From assembly GCA_050955105.1 (NCBI GenBank), contig JBPBQZ010000002.1, positions 3,206-67,205 of the forward strand: a stretch of 64,000 nucleotides of DNA, written 5' to 3'. This document shows, one piece after another, positions 21,080 through 31,802 of the stretch. A program made the position numbers and the translations under genes. Every line of letters starts with the position of its first letter. Position 1 is the stretch's first letter. Source of the DNA: Janthinobacterium lividum. GTDB lineage: Bacteria; Pseudomonadota; Gammaproteobacteria; Burkholderiales; Burkholderiaceae. The notes below the pieces were generated by a model. The model made no database searches, was not told the DNA's origin, and saw only the letters and a program-made list of their open reading frames with translations.

Positions 21080-22060
21080 ATGATAGCGAAGATCAATGGC
21101 GATCGGGCCTGCGAGTTCGCCCGAAGCGTTCTGGAAATCGAGGCGCAGGCCATTCATTCGCTCAGCGAACGCATCGGCGCGAGCTTTATCGCGGCCGTAG
21201 AGCTGCTGCTCGAATGTCGCGGCCGCGTCGTCGTGTCCGGCATGGGCAAATCCGGCCACATCGCGCGCAAACTGGCGGCCACGCTCGCCAGTACCGGCAC
21301 CCCCGCATTTTTTCTGCATCCGGCCGAAGCCAGCCACGGCGACCTCGGCATGGTAACGGCGGACGACGTTTTTATCGCGCTGTCGAACTCCGGCGAAACC
21401 GAAGAGTTGCTGGCAATCGTCCCGCATGTGCTGCGCGCCGGCACAAAGCTGGTCGCCATGACGGGTCGTCCGCAATCCAGCCTGGCGCGGCTTGCCGCTG
21501 TGCATCTCGACGCAGCGGTCGACAAAGAGGCCTGCCCGCATAATCTGGCGCCAACCGCCAGCACCACCGCCGCATTGGCGCTGGGCGATGCATTGGCCAT
21601 CGCGGTGCTCGATGCGCGCGGCTTCAGCGCGGAAGACTTCGCGCGCTCGCATCCGGGCGGCTCGCTCGGCCGCCGCCTGCTCACCTTCGTGCGCGATGTA
21701 ATGCGCACCGGCGATGCGGTGCCGCGCGTGCGCAGCGACGCCAGCATGCACGATGCGCTCTTCGAAATTACCGCGAAGCGCCTGGGCATGACCGCGGTGG
21801 TCGATGATGCCGATCGCGTCGTCGGCATCTTCACCGACGGTGATTTGCGCCGCATCTTCGAGCGCGACGATTTCCGCACATTGGGCGTAGCCGACGTCAT
21901 GACGCGCGCGCCGCACACCATCGGGCCCGACCGCCTGGCAGTCGAAGCCGTGGAATCGATGGAGCGCTTCAAGATCAATCAGATGCTCGTGGTCGACGAA
22001 ACCGCGACGCTGATCGGCGCGTTGAATATGCACGACCTGTTCCGTGCCAAGGTAATTTGA
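21080..22060 (+). CDS. kdsD: Arabinose-5-phosphate isomerase (KpsF/GutQ family)
   Basis: The SIS domain (VVVSGMGKSGHIARKLAATLASTGTPAFF, ALSNSGET) is followed by tandem CBS domains. Confidence 0.92.
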   Translation: MIAKINGDRACEFARSVLEIEAQAIHSLSERIGASFIAAVELLLECRGRVVVSGMGKSGHIARKLAATLASTGTPAFFLHPAEASHGDLGMVTADDVFIALSNSGETEELLAIVPHVLRAGTKLVAMTGRPQSSLARLAAVHLDAAVDKEACPHNLAPTASTTAALALGDALAIAVLDARGFSAEDFARSHPGGSLGRRLLTFVRDVMRTGDAVPRVRSDASMHDALFEITAKRLGMTAVVDDADRVVGIFTDGDLRRIFERDDFRTLGVADVMTRAPHTIGPDRLAVEAVESMERFKINQMLVVDETATLIGALNMHDLFRAKVI

Positions 22061-22608
22061 TGGACACCCAGATGGCGACTCCGCACACGGCGCTCGAACG
22101 CGCCCGCAACATCCGCCTGGCCATCTTCGATGTCGACGGCGTGCTGACTGATGGCGGCCTGTGGTTCGGCCCGCAAGGCGAGGTCATCAAGCATTTCAAT
22201 TCACTCGACGGCCACGGCATGAAATTGCTCGGCGAAGCCGGCATCGTCACCGCCATCATCACCGGACGGCGCTCCGAAATCGTCGCCGCGCGCGCCGCCG
22301 AAATGCGTGTGACGCATGTCTACCAGGGCATTTCGCAAAAGCTCGTCACATTCAAGCAATTGCTCGACGTTGCCCGGTGCGACCCCGCAGCGGTTGCCTA
22401 TATGGGCGACGACTGGCCCGACCTCGCGGTGATGGGCGCCGTAGGCTTCGCCGCCGCACCGGCCAACGCGCACGTGGAAGTGCGGCGTCGCGCGCACTGG
22501 GTTGCGCAGGCAGCCGGCGGACACGGCGCCGTGCGCGAACTGTGCGACCTGTTGCTACAGGCTGGCGGCCACTACGACGCAATGCTGGCGCACGCAACAC
22601 GTGGTTAA
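22057..22608 (+). CDS. kdsC: 3-deoxy-D-manno-octulosonate 8-phosphate phosphatase
   Basis: The protein has the HAD motif IRLAIFDVDGVLTDG and YMGDDWPDL. Its ATGA start overlaps the kdsD stop. Confidence 0.9.
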   Translation: MMDTQMATPHTALERARNIRLAIFDVDGVLTDGGLWFGPQGEVIKHFNSLDGHGMKLLGEAGIVTAIITGRRSEIVAARAAEMRVTHVYQGISQKLVTFKQLLDVARCDPAAVAYMGDDWPDLAVMGAVGFAAAPANAHVEVRRRAHWVAQAAGGHGAVRELCDLLLQAGGHYDAMLAHATRG

Positions 22609-23200
22609 AACTTCCCTGACCAATTATCTGGCGGCCGCGGGCCTGGCGCTGCTGGCCGGTGGTACCTATTGGCTGTTGCAGATCACCCTGCCTCCAGGCA
22701 ACGTTGCGCCGGCTCGACCGCCCGCGCATACCGCCGACTACTTCGCCGACGATTCGTCGATCAGTGTGCTCGACAACACCGGCAGTACCGCCTATCGGCT
22801 CAATTCGCGCAAGCTCGTGCATTACGAGGACGACCAGACCAGCGACGTTACCGAGCCGGCGCTGCGTGCCTTCCAGCCCGGTAACCCGGATGTCTCGGCA
22901 TTTGCCAGGCGCGGCACCATCAATGCCGATGCCTCGGTGGTCGACCTGTACGATCAGGCGCGACTGCTGCGTGCAGCCGGTCCGGCCGATCCGCCGATGC
23001 GGGCCGACTCGTCGCACTTCCATGTGCTGGTCAACGACGATGTCATCGAAACCGAAAAGCCGGTTAAACTGCTGCGCGGCCAGTCGGTCTCGACCGCCAA
23101 TGGCCTGATCTATAACAATGTGACGCGGAATCTGCGTCTGCTGGGGCAAGTTCGCGGCACCATCGCGCCGAACGCCTTCGGCCCTCAATCCGCCAAATGA
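22601..23200 (+). CDS. lptC: LPS export system protein LptC
   Basis: The in-frame GTG at 22601 overlaps the kdsC stop. There is a single N-terminal TMS (LAAAGLALLAGGTYWLLQ) followed by a beta-jellyroll-like region. The position between kdsC and lptA is canonical. The start is uncertain. Confidence 0.75.
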   Translation: MVKTSLTNYLAAAGLALLAGGTYWLLQITLPPGNVAPARPPAHTADYFADDSSISVLDNTGSTAYRLNSRKLVHYEDDQTSDVTEPALRAFQPGNPDVSAFARRGTINADASVVDLYDQARLLRAAGPADPPMRADSSHFHVLVNDDVIETEKPVKLLRGQSVSTANGLIYNNVTRNLRLLGQVRGTIAPNAFGPQSAK

Positions 23201-23952
23201 TCCAACACGCTCAAGGCATGAACGACACGTCTTTCCGGCAATCCGCCGCTATCGCGCACGCCTTGCCGACGCCAACGCCAATGCCGGCCGCCGCGATCGC
23301 CACTGCCGCGACGCGGCGACGGCTCACGCTGGTCGCGCGCGCAGTGTTCGCCTCGGTCTATGCAGCCGCGGCTGCGGCACTGCTATGCGCGGCCCCGGCA
23401 CACGCCGAACAGGCCGATCGCGACAAGCCGATCAATGTCGAAGCCGACAACATGACGTACGACGATCTGCACCAGGTGAACGTGCTGACCGGCAACGTCG
23501 TGATCACCAAGGGCACGATCATCATCCGCGGCAACCGCGTCGAGATCCGGCAGGATCCGCAGGGCTATCAGTACGCCACCTCGTTCGCCGGCACGGTGCC
23601 CGCGTATTTCCGCCAGAAACGCGACGTCGGCAACGAATACGTCGAAGGTCACGGCCAGCGCATCGATTACGACGGCAAGAACGACATCACCACATTGACC
23701 ACGCGCGCCGACGTGCGCCGCCTGCAAGGCTTGTCGACCGTACTCGACGAGGTGCACGGCAGCGTGATTCGCTATGACGGGCAGCGCGACTTCTATACCG
23801 CCACGTCCGGCCAGGACGCCTCGTCGCCCGGCAATCCCACCGGCCGCGTGCGCGCCACCCTGGCGCCGCGCAACATCACGGGGGCCCCGCTCGACGGCGC
23901 GCCGACCCGTCTGGCACCAGCGCCCACACCCGGCAACCAGGAAACGCAGTGA
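23197..23952 (+). CDS. lptA: LPS transport periplasmic protein LptA (OstA N-terminal-like)
   Basis: The protein has a signal-like segment and [41 protein letters not shown], an OstA-like repeat. Confidence 0.85.
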   Translation: MIQHAQGMNDTSFRQSAAIAHALPTPTPMPAAAIATAATRRRLTLVARAVFASVYAAAAAALLCAAPAHAEQADRDKPINVEADNMTYDDLHQVNVLTGNVVITKGTIIIRGNRVEIRQDPQGYQYATSFAGTVPAYFRQKRDVGNEYVEGHGQRIDYDGKNDITTLTTRADVRRLQGLSTVLDEVHGSVIRYDGQRDFYTATSGQDASSPGNPTGRVRATLAPRNITGAPLDGAPTRLAPAPTPGNQETQ

Positions 23953-24770
23953 CTCCCGTCATGCCTGATGCTCCCCAATCAGCCAGCGCCCGCGGCAGTG
24001 CGTCGCGAGCCGCCGACGGCGTCGCGCTCGGCGGCTCGCTGGAAGTCCGCCATCTCGAAAAACGCTACGGCTCGCGCCTGGTCGTCAAGGACGTCTCGCT
24101 GAGCGTAAAAAGCGGCGAAGTGGTCGGCCTGCTGGGTCCCAACGGCGCCGGCAAAACCACTTCGTTCTATATGATCGTCGGCCTGGTGGCGCTGGATGCG
24201 GGCGAGATCGTGCTCGATGGCCAGTCGATCGCGCAAATGCCGATCCATCGGCGCGCACGTCTCGGCCTCTCCTACCTGCCGCAGGAAGCCTCGGTGTTCC
24301 GCAAGCTATCGGTTGAGCAGAATATTCGCGGCGTGTTGGAATTGCAGCGTGACGCCGACGAGCGTCCGCTACGCAAGGCAGATGTGACCGAACGCACCAA
24401 CGAACTGCTCGAAGAATTGCAAATTGCGCATTTGCGCGCGGCGCCAGCGCTGTCGCTGTCGGGTGGCGAGCGGCGCCGCGTGGAGATTGCCCGCGCGCTG
24501 GCAACGCGACCCAGTTTCATTCTGCTGGATGAACCGTTCGCCGGCGTCGACCCGATCGCCGTGCTCGAAATCCAAAAAATCGTACGCTTCCTCAAGGAGC
24601 GGAATATTGGCGTGTTGATGACCGATCATAATGTTCGGGAAACGTTGGGCATCTGCGATCACGCCTACATCATCAGCGAGGGCAGCGTACTGGCGGAGGG
24701 CGTGCCGTCCGACATCATCGCCAACGAGCGCGTACGCCGCGTCTATCTCGGCGAGCATTTCCGCATGTAG
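23949..24770 (+). CDS. lptB: LPS export ABC transporter ATP-binding protein LptB
   Basis: The protein has Walker [10 protein letters not shown], the signature LSGGERRR and Walker [10 protein letters not shown]. The GTGA start overlaps the lptA stop, with an alternative ATG at 23961. Confidence 0.93.
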   Translation: MTPVMPDAPQSASARGSASRAADGVALGGSLEVRHLEKRYGSRLVVKDVSLSVKSGEVVGLLGPNGAGKTTSFYMIVGLVALDAGEIVLDGQSIAQMPIHRRARLGLSYLPQEASVFRKLSVEQNIRGVLELQRDADERPLRKADVTERTNELLEELQIAHLRAAPALSLSGGERRRVEIARALATRPSFILLDEPFAGVDPIAVLEIQKIVRFLKERNIGVLMTDHNVRETLGICDHAYIISEGSVLAEGVPSDIIANERVRRVYLGEHFRM

Positions 24771-24990
24771 CAGCGGCTCGTCCGCGCCACATTTTCAATC
24801 TTCGCAGGTGTCCGTCCGTCCGGCCGCAGTCGGTCGAACAGCGCCGCCAGGCCCTCGAGAAGCCTGACGGCCGACACATGGCCGCCCGCCGCCGACAGGC
24901 GATTCACCGCACGCCCGCCGCGCGCTGTACACATTCGGACACAAAGGTTTCGCGCGCAGGCCAAAGTCTCTAAAATGTGCGACATCCGCC

Positions 24991-26496
24991 ATGAAAGCCA
25001 GTCTCCAACTTCGAGTCTCTCAGCATTTAGCGCTGACTCCCCAGCTGCAACAGTCGATCCGGCTGTTACAGCTCTCCACGCTCGAACTCCAACAGGAAGT
25101 AGCCACCGCCGTCGCGCAAAATCCGCTGCTCGAAAACGAGGACGACTGGATCAACAGCCCGCTGCGCGTCGCCTCCGACGGCTCGCTGATCACCTCGCCC
25201 ACCGCCAGCGCGATGGAAGCCAGCGGCAATTCCGACGCGGTGCCGCAAACCTCGAGCTCGCAAAGCAGCGACGACCGCGAACATGCGCCCGACCGCGAGT
25301 CGTCCGCCATGGACGACAACGGCAATGAAAGCTCGTGGAGCCTGGACGACTACGCGCGGCCCGGCGCACCCAGCGAAGACGACGACATGCCGCCGTTCCA
25401 GCTGCAGGAGATGCAAACCACGCTGCGCGACCACCTGAGCACGCAATTGCGCGTGACGAAGGCAAGCTTGCGCGACCGGGCCCTGATCAGCTTCCTGATC
25501 GAGTCGCTGAACGACGAGGGCTACCTCACCAGCACCCTCGACGAGATTGCCGAAGACCTGCCTGACGAACTGGAAGTCGACGTCGACGAATTGAATGCGG
25601 CGCTGGCCTTGCTGCAAAGTTTCGACCCGGCAGGAGTCGGCGCACGTTCGGCTTCCGAATGCCTGAAGTTGCAGTTGCTCAGGCTGGCGCCCTGCGCCAC
25701 CCGCACGCTGGCAATCGAAATCGTTGCACATCATCTGGAATTGCTGGCGGCGCGCGACTTCACGCGCTTGCGCCGGCAACTGAAAGTGGGCGATGACGCC
25801 CTGCGCGACGCCCACACACTGATTCGCTCGCTCGAGCCCTTTCCCGGCGCCGCCTACGGCCGCACCGCCGCCGATTATGTCGTGCCCGACATTATGGTGC
25901 GCAAGACGCCGCAAGGCTGGGTCGCCGAGCTCAACTCCGAAGTGGTGCCGCGTCTGCGCATCAACCACCTGTACGCCAATATCCTGCGCGGCAGCCGCGG
26001 CGATCCGGGCAGCGGTTCGCTGCGCCAGCAATTGCAGGAGGCGCGCTGGCTGATCAAAAACATCCAGCAGCGCTTCGAGACGATCCTGCGGGTTGCGCAG
26101 GCCATTGTCGATCGTCAGCGCAACTTTTTTGCACATGGTGAAATCGCCATGCGTCCCTTGGTTTTGCGAGAAATTGCTGATACGCTAGGTCTACACGAAT
26201 CGACGATTTCACGCGTGACCACCGGCAAATACATGCTCACGCCATTCGGCACGCTGGAATTCAAGTATTTTTTCGGATCGCATGTTTCGACCGATACCGG
26301 GGGCGCCGCCTCCTCCACGGCGATCCGGGCACTTATCAAGCAACTGATAGGAGCAGAAGACCCCAAAACTCCTTTGTCCGACAGTCGCATTGCGGAGCTG
26401 CTCGCTGAACAAAGCTTCGTGGTCGCGCGACGCACGGTTGCCAAATACCGTGAAGCGCTGCGCATACCGGCTGTCAATTTGCGCAAGTCCCTGTAG
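24991..26496 (+). CDS. rpoN: RNA polymerase sigma-54 factor
   Basis: Region I is [37 protein letters not shown]. The RpoN box is ARRTVAKYR, and there is an HTH at [14 protein letters not shown]. Confidence 0.96.
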   Translation: MKASLQLRVSQHLALTPQLQQSIRLLQLSTLELQQEVATAVAQNPLLENEDDWINSPLRVASDGSLITSPTASAMEASGNSDAVPQTSSSQSSDDREHAPDRESSAMDDNGNESSWSLDDYARPGAPSEDDDMPPFQLQEMQTTLRDHLSTQLRVTKASLRDRALISFLIESLNDEGYLTSTLDEIAEDLPDELEVDVDELNAALALLQSFDPAGVGARSASECLKLQLLRLAPCATRTLAIEIVAHHLELLAARDFTRLRRQLKVGDDALRDAHTLIRSLEPFPGAAYGRTAADYVVPDIMVRKTPQGWVAELNSEVVPRLRINHLYANILRGSRGDPGSGSLRQQLQEARWLIKNIQQRFETILRVAQAIVDRQRNFFAHGEIAMRPLVLREIADTLGLHESTISRVTTGKYMLTPFGTLEFKYFFGSHVSTDTGGAASSTAIRALIKQLIGAEDPKTPLSDSRIAELLAEQSFVVARRTVAKYREALRIPAVNLRKSL

Positions 26497-26660
26497 TCCG
26501 GTGCCACGCGTGCCGGGCGTCAACCGGCCGCGATGCAGCGCATCAGGCCGGCCGACCAGGCAACGGCCAGGCGAGACAGCAGCCTCCCTCCCCGACGTCC
26601 AGTCGACCGACCGGTACTGCAAGCTTTTGCAAAGCGGCCTCAGCAAGTCGGAGAGCAACC

Positions 26661-27023
26661 ATGAACCTGAAAATCAGCGGACACCACGTAGACGTCACGC
26701 CCGCCCTGCGCGAATACACGATCGGCAAACTCGGTCGCGTCGAGCGTCACAATGATCAGGTCATCGATGCCGCTGTCATCTTCTGTATCGACAGACACAG
26801 CGAAAAGGACAAACGGCAGCGAGCGGAAATATCACTCCTTCTAAAAGACAAAAAACTCGTTGTCAAAAGCGCCGACGGCAACCTCTATGCGGCCATTGAC
26901 CTCGCGGTCGACAAACTCGACCGGCAAGTGATTCGCCACAAAGACCGCGTACGCGGCTACGAACATTCGGCCATCAAACACTCCAGCGACGAAGCCAGCA
27001 TCGACGAAGCGATGCCTGAATAA
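26661..27023 (+). CDS. hpf: Ribosome hibernation promoting factor (sigma-54 modulation protein family, short form)
   Basis: The N-terminus reads MNLKISGHHVDVTPALREYTIGKL. GGAGAG lies upstream, and the gene is positioned after rpoN. Confidence 0.9.
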   Translation: MNLKISGHHVDVTPALREYTIGKLGRVERHNDQVIDAAVIFCIDRHSEKDKRQRAEISLLLKDKKLVVKSADGNLYAAIDLAVDKLDRQVIRHKDRVRGYEHSAIKHSSDEASIDEAMPE

Positions 27024-27079
27024 GCAATTCGCGCCAAACAGGGTGAGCCGCGCAGCAACTGCGTTGGCTCCAGATACCG

Positions 27080-27108
27080 AATGCCCGGCCAAGCTGGGCA
27101 TTTTTATT
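27080..27108 (+). terminator. Rho-independent terminator after hpf
   Basis: The stem AATGCCCGGC-caa-GCTGGGCATT is followed by TTTTATT. Confidence 0.65.
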
Positions 27109-27197
27109 GAGAGAACTGCCGAATCATCTGGCGCACTGCACCACGCGCGAATGGCTGAACTATAATATTCCGCTCCTACTCGGGTTTCTTCTAAGCG

Positions 27198-27215
27198 CTA
27201 CAGTGCGCACTGTAG
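27198..27215. repeat. Perfect 18-bp palindrome CTACAGTGCGCACTGTAG in the hpf-ptsN spacer
   Basis: The sequence is its own reverse complement. It is flanked by imperfectly complementary arms (CTCGGGTTTCTTCT... / ...AGAAGCTCGGG) and lies about 30 nt downstream of a TATAAT at 27161-27166. Confidence 0.9.
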
Positions 27216-27347
27216 TGATTCGAGAAGCTCGGGTGCCGCGATAGAGCCTCAAGTGCGCAATGCATAGCGTGTTGCGCGGCGCGGCATGCGCGCCCGCATC
27301 AGGCAGGCGACTGAAGTCCGTTTGTCCAGTGCGAAATTCCTGCCAAA

Positions 27348-27803
27348 ATGAATCGTCTAGCTAAACTCCTGCCGCTGGAAAACGTCCTGTTAGGGCTGTC
27401 GGTCACTAGCAAGAAAAGCGTTTTCGAACACGCGGGGTCGATATTCGAGAACCACAACGGTATCGCGCGCAGCGTCGTCACCGACAATCTTTTCGCGCGG
27501 GAACGCCTGGGATCCACCGGCCTCGGCGAAGGCGTAGCCATTCCCCACGGCCGCATCAAGGGTCTCAAGGTTCCGCAGGCCGCTTTCGTGCGCCTGGCGG
27601 AACCCATTCCATTCGAATCGCCCGACGCGCAACCGGTTGGCCTGCTGATATTCCTGCTAGTGCCCGAACAGGCAACGCAACAGCATCTGGAGATCCTCTC
27701 CGAGATCGCGCAACTGCTCTCCGACCGCGATGCACGCGAACAGTTGGCCAAAGGCACCGATCCCGTCGCAGTACATCGAATTCTCACCAGTTGGACGCCG
27801 TGA
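27348..27803 (+). CDS. ptsN: PTS IIA-like nitrogen regulatory protein PtsN (EIIA-Ntr)
   Basis: The protein has ERLGSTGLGEGVAIPHGRI, which includes the phosphorylatable His motif. It is 151 aa. Confidence 0.9.
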   Translation: MNRLAKLLPLENVLLGLSVTSKKSVFEHAGSIFENHNGIARSVVTDNLFARERLGSTGLGEGVAIPHGRIKGLKVPQAAFVRLAEPIPFESPDAQPVGLLIFLLVPEQATQQHLEILSEIAQLLSDRDAREQLAKGTDPVAVHRILTSWTP

Positions 27804-27984
27804 AGGCCGCGCCGGAAGTAGCCGGGGGACCACGAAATAGTCAGCAAAAAGTCGATAAAACGCTGATAAACCAGGCGAAAATGGCCGCTAACGCTCCATA
27901 ATCCGTGTCCGGCAGGTAATATCGCAATTTGCATGGACGCAAGACGCCGGACGGACTTTCCCGAACGGCGCGGGGAGCCGCTGA

Positions 27985-28953
27985 ATGGATATGTCGAGCA
28001 TCAATGCTCAAAGCATTTTCGACGATAACGCCGCTGCGCTGAAACTCAGCTGGCTGACCGGCCATGAAGGCTGGGAGCGCGGTTTTTCGAGCGAAACTGT
28101 CGACAAGGCCACCTCGGGCGCCGATCTCGTCGGGCATTTGAATCTGATCCATCCCAACCGCATCCAGGTGCTGGGCGAAGCCGAGCTCGAATACTACGAG
28201 CGCCAAACCGACGAAGCACGCAAGCGGCACATGGCCGAGTTGATCAGCCTGGAACCGCCCTTCCTCGTCATCGGCGATGGCCGCGAAGCGCCCGGCGAAC
28301 TGGTGCTGCGTTGCACGCGCTCATCCACGCCGCTTTTCACCACCGCCTTGTCGGCCGCGGCCGTGATCGACAACCTGCGCCTCTACATGTCGCGCATTCT
28401 GGCGCCGCGCGAGACCAAGCATGGCGTCTTCCTCGATATTCTTGGCATGGGCGTGCTGCTGACCGGCGATTCCGGACTGGGCAAAAGTGAACTCGGGCTC
28501 GAGCTCATCAGCCGCGGGCATGGACTGGTATCGGACGATGCCGTCGATTTCGTGCGACTCGGTCCCGACTTTGTCGAAGGTCGCTGCCCGCCCCTATTGC
28601 AGAACCTGTTGGAAGTCCGCGGGCTGGGGCTACTGGATATCAAAACCATCTTCGGCGAAACCGCGGTGCGCCGCAAAATGAAGCTGAAGCTGATCGTCGA
28701 GCTGGTGCGCCGCACCGACGGCGAATTCCAGCGCCTGCCGCTCGAATCGCAAACCGTCGACGTGCTGGGTCTGCCCATCAACAAGGTGATCTTGCAAGTG
28801 GCAGCCGGCCGCAACTTGGCGGTGCTGGTGGAAGCCGCCGTGCGCAATACCATCTTGCGGCTGCGCGGCATCGACACGCTGCGCGACTTCATGGATCGGC
28901 AGCGTCTGGCGATGCAGGATCCCGACAGTCAGTTTCCCGGCAAGCTGATTTAA
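27985..28953 (+). CDS. hprK: HPr kinase/phosphorylase
   Basis: The protein has the Walker A-like [15 protein letters not shown] and the signature [11 protein letters not shown]. Confidence 0.93.
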   Translation: MDMSSINAQSIFDDNAAALKLSWLTGHEGWERGFSSETVDKATSGADLVGHLNLIHPNRIQVLGEAELEYYERQTDEARKRHMAELISLEPPFLVIGDGREAPGELVLRCTRSSTPLFTTALSAAAVIDNLRLYMSRILAPRETKHGVFLDILGMGVLLTGDSGLGKSELGLELISRGHGLVSDDAVDFVRLGPDFVEGRCPPLLQNLLEVRGLGLLDIKTIFGETAVRRKMKLKLIVELVRRTDGEFQRLPLESQTVDVLGLPINKVILQVAAGRNLAVLVEAAVRNTILRLRGIDTLRDFMDRQRLAMQDPDSQFPGKLI

Positions 28954-29046
28954 ACAAACGGGCCGCCGGCCGCTGCAGCCTGCCTTGACGCCTGCCCGCC
29001 GCGGCGCATTTGGCCAATGTTATGATGGCCACCACTGAGTGCTGCC

Positions 29047-29952
29047 ATGCGAATCGTCCTTATCACCGGAATTTCCGGTTCCGGCAAATCCGTTGCGCTG
29101 ACCGCGCTGGAAGACGCCGGCTATTACTGCGTCGATAACCTGCCGCCCCGTTTCTTGCCCGAACTCGCGGCATTCCTGGTGCGCGACGGCGTGCAGCGGC
29201 TCGCCATTGCCGTCGATGCCCGCTCGGGCAGCGCGTTTTCCGATCTCCCCGCCATCATCGGCGACCTGCGCGTCGCCGGTCACAGTGTCCGCGTGCTGTT
29301 CCTCAATGCCAGCACCCAGGCGTTGATCCAGCGTTTTTCCGAAACACGCCGCAAGCACCCCTTGTCCGGGCTGATCGATCGTGCCGACGGCGCCTCGCAG
29401 GCTTCACTGGCCGATGCCATCGAACGCGAACGCGAACTCGTCGCCGACTTGGCCGCGCTCGGCCATCAAATCGATACCAGTACGCTGCGTGCCAGCGCGC
29501 TGCGCGCCTGGGTTCGTCATTTCTGCGACCACGAGCATTCCGGACTGACATTGATGTTCGAGTCCTTCGCCTTCAAACGCGGCGTGCCGCTCGATGCGGA
29601 CTTCGTTTTCGACGTGCGCGTGTTGCCCAACCCCTTCTACGAACGAGCGCTGCGCCCCCTGACGGGGCTCGACGCACCGGTACAGAATTTCCTGGGCGCG
29701 CTGCCGGAGGTACGGGAAATGCTCGACGACATCGCCGGCTACCTGCGCAAATGGCTGCCCAAGTTCCGTGACGACAGCCGCGCGTATCTGACCGTTGCAT
29801 TGGGCTGCACCGGCGGCCAGCATCGCTCGGTTTATCTGGCGCAGCAATTGGCGAGCATTTTCGAAACAGATACCGACGTGCTGGTGCGGCACCGCGAACT
29901 CGCGCAACCCGGCGACGCGCCGCCCGATGGGTCGCGCACCGCCGCGCATTGA
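29047..29952 (+). CDS. rapZ: RNase adapter protein RapZ
   Basis: The N-terminus reads [33 protein letters not shown]. The C-terminal region contains CTGGQHRSV. Confidence 0.92.
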   Translation: MRIVLITGISGSGKSVALTALEDAGYYCVDNLPPRFLPELAAFLVRDGVQRLAIAVDARSGSAFSDLPAIIGDLRVAGHSVRVLFLNASTQALIQRFSETRRKHPLSGLIDRADGASQASLADAIERERELVADLAALGHQIDTSTLRASALRAWVRHFCDHEHSGLTLMFESFAFKRGVPLDADFVFDVRVLPNPFYERALRPLTGLDAPVQNFLGALPEVREMLDDIAGYLRKWLPKFRDDSRAYLTVALGCTGGQHRSVYLAQQLASIFETDTDVLVRHRELAQPGDAPPDGSRTAAH

Positions 29953-29971
29953 CCCGTTTACCGAAACAGAC

Positions 29972-30598
29972 ATGACCTCGATCCACGCAGAACTGCCGCT
30001 ATTTCCCTTGCGTACCGTGCTGTTTCCCGACGGCCTGCTGCCTTTGCGAATTTTCGAAGCGCGCTACATGGACATGACGCGCGAATGCCTGCGCGACCAA
30101 TCGTCGTTCGGCATTTGCTTATTGCGCAGTGGCGACGAAGTAGCGCGCAAAGGCGAGGTGCCGGAAACCGAAAGCGTGGGCTGCATGGCCGAAATCATCG
30201 ACTGCGATATGGAGCAGATGGGCGTGTTGCTAGTGAACGTACGAGGCACGCGGCGCTTTCGTCTGCTGTCGACGCATGTACAGCCGGACGGTTTGCTACG
30301 CGGCATGGCCGAACCCATTCCGGCCGACGATCCGCCCGACGGAAGCGAGCACATCGCCAAGATGGCCGCTTGCGCCGAAGCGCTGGAACGTGTGATCGGC
30401 TCGCTGTCGGAACGTGATGCGACAAGCGTGCCCTTCCTCAAGCCCTATCGTCTGGATGATCCGGTCTGGGTAGGTAATCGATTGTCTGAAGTGCTGCCGA
30501 TTCCGCTCGGCGCGCGCCAAAAACTGATGGCTCTCGAGGATGCGGCAGCGCGCATCGATCTAGTCCACCAATACATGCAGCGCCACCAGTTGCTTTAG
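29972..30598 (+). CDS. LON peptidase substrate-binding (LON N-terminal) domain protein
   Basis: The ORF is trimmed to the ATG at 29972. LPLFPLRTVLFPDGLLPLRIFEARY is the classic Lon N-domain opening. Confidence 0.8.
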   Translation: MTSIHAELPLFPLRTVLFPDGLLPLRIFEARYMDMTRECLRDQSSFGICLLRSGDEVARKGEVPETESVGCMAEIIDCDMEQMGVLLVNVRGTRRFRLLSTHVQPDGLLRGMAEPIPADDPPDGSEHIAKMAACAEALERVIGSLSERDATSVPFLKPYRLDDPVWVGNRLSEVLPIPLGARQKLMALEDAAARIDLVHQYMQRHQLL

Positions 30599-31695
30599 AG
30601 CAGCGAACCCGACATCGAATCCAGCAGCTTGCGCACCGGGGCCGGCACGCCCACCTCATTCAGCCGGCCGAGTGCGACCCAGGCGAACTCGTCTTCGGCG
30701 CACCCGGCATCGCCCCCTCCTTGCCCGGGCAGCGCCGGCTGCGATTCCGCGACATGGCCCTCAAGGGCCGAGATCTCCAGCCGAAAATGCGTGAACGTAT
30801 GGGCAATTTCCGCCAACGGCTGCAAAGCATCGCTTACACCCCAGGTACGCGCGCGTTCGGCGAGAACCGACGCGTCCGCCGCCTCGGGCAGACTCCATAG
30901 ACCGCCCCAGATACCTGTCGGCGGTCGGCGATACAACAAAACCGCTTCGCCCCGCCGCAATACCAGCATTGAAGTCTGGCGCGTCGGCAACGGCTTCTTG
31001 GTCCGCCGCGTCGGCAATTCGGCCTGACGCTTTTCACGAAACGCCACGCAGTCGCTCATCAATGGGCAGCGTTGGCACAGCGGGCGGCTACGCACGCAAA
31101 GCGTGGCGCCGAGGTCCATCAGGCCCTGCGTATAGTCGGCAATCGATTCACTATCGGGTGCCGGCAACAGTGCCTCGGCCAGCGTCCACATCGCCTGTTC
31201 GACGCGCCGTTCCGAGGGCCAGCCCTCAATGCCATAGACACGCGCGAGCACACGCTTCACGTTACCGTCGAGAATGGCAGCGCGTGCCCCCGAGGAGAAG
31301 GCCGCGATGGCGGCCGCGGTCGAGCGCCCGATCCCTGGTAGCTCCGCAAGCGTCGCCGCGTCGGTGGGAAACACGCCTTGGTGCGTGTCCATTACCGCGA
31401 TCGCGCAGCGATGCAGATTGCGGGCGCGCGAGTAATAGCCAAGCCCGCTCCAATGCGCCATTACCTCGTCGACCGGTGCCGCCGCCAGCGCGCCCACGCT
31501 CGGAAAACGGGTCATGAAACGCGCGTAGTAGGGAATGACGGTGGCCACTTGCGTCTGCTGCAACATGATTTCCGATACCCATATGCGATAGGCATCTTGC
31601 GTTTGCTGCCAAGGCAATTCGTGCCGGCCATGTGCGCGCTGCCACGCGACCACGCGTTGTGCGAACGTGGCGCGATCCGGGCCGCGCGCCGCCAT
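30595..31695 (-). CDS. mutY: A/G-specific adenine DNA glycosylase
   Basis: The protein has LPWQQTQDAYRIWVSEIMLQQTQV, the HhH-GPD motif LPGIGRSTAAAI, an Fe-S Cys cluster (CVRSRPLCQRCPLMSDC) and a C-terminal NUDIX-like domain. I use the ATG at 31695. Upstream GTG codons at 31806/31797 would overlap the mutM stop. Confidence 0.88.
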   Translation of the reverse strand: MAARGPDRATFAQRVVAWQRAHGRHELPWQQTQDAYRIWVSEIMLQQTQVATVIPYYARFMTRFPSVGALAAAPVDEVMAHWSGLGYYSRARNLHRCAIAVMDTHQGVFPTDAATLAELPGIGRSTAAAIAAFSSGARAAILDGNVKRVLARVYGIEGWPSERRVEQAMWTLAEALLPAPDSESIADYTQGLMDLGATLCVRSRPLCQRCPLMSDCVAFREKRQAELPTRRTKKPLPTRQTSMLVLRRGEAVLLYRRPPTGIWGGLWSLPEAADASVLAERARTWGVSDALQPLAEIAHTFTHFRLEISALEGHVAESQPALPGQGGGDAGCAEDEFAWVALGRLNEVGVPAPVRKLLDSMSGSLL

Positions 31696-31802
31696 GTCGG
31701 CTGCCGGCGCGTCGTCCGGGCCTGCGTCGAACTCGCCGAGTTCAACGGATTTAACGGCTTCGGCCGCGTCACTGGGTGCCGCTGCGTAAGGTCTCACGTC
31801 GG

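Noticed and set aside
20897-22033. 378-aa minus-strand ORF, and the 274-aa ORF at 21154..21978.
   Set aside because: Both are antisense to kdsD, which has clear SIS and CBS motifs. I rejected them as composition artefacts.
25066-26136. 356-aa minus-strand ORF.
   Set aside because: It is antisense to rpoN.
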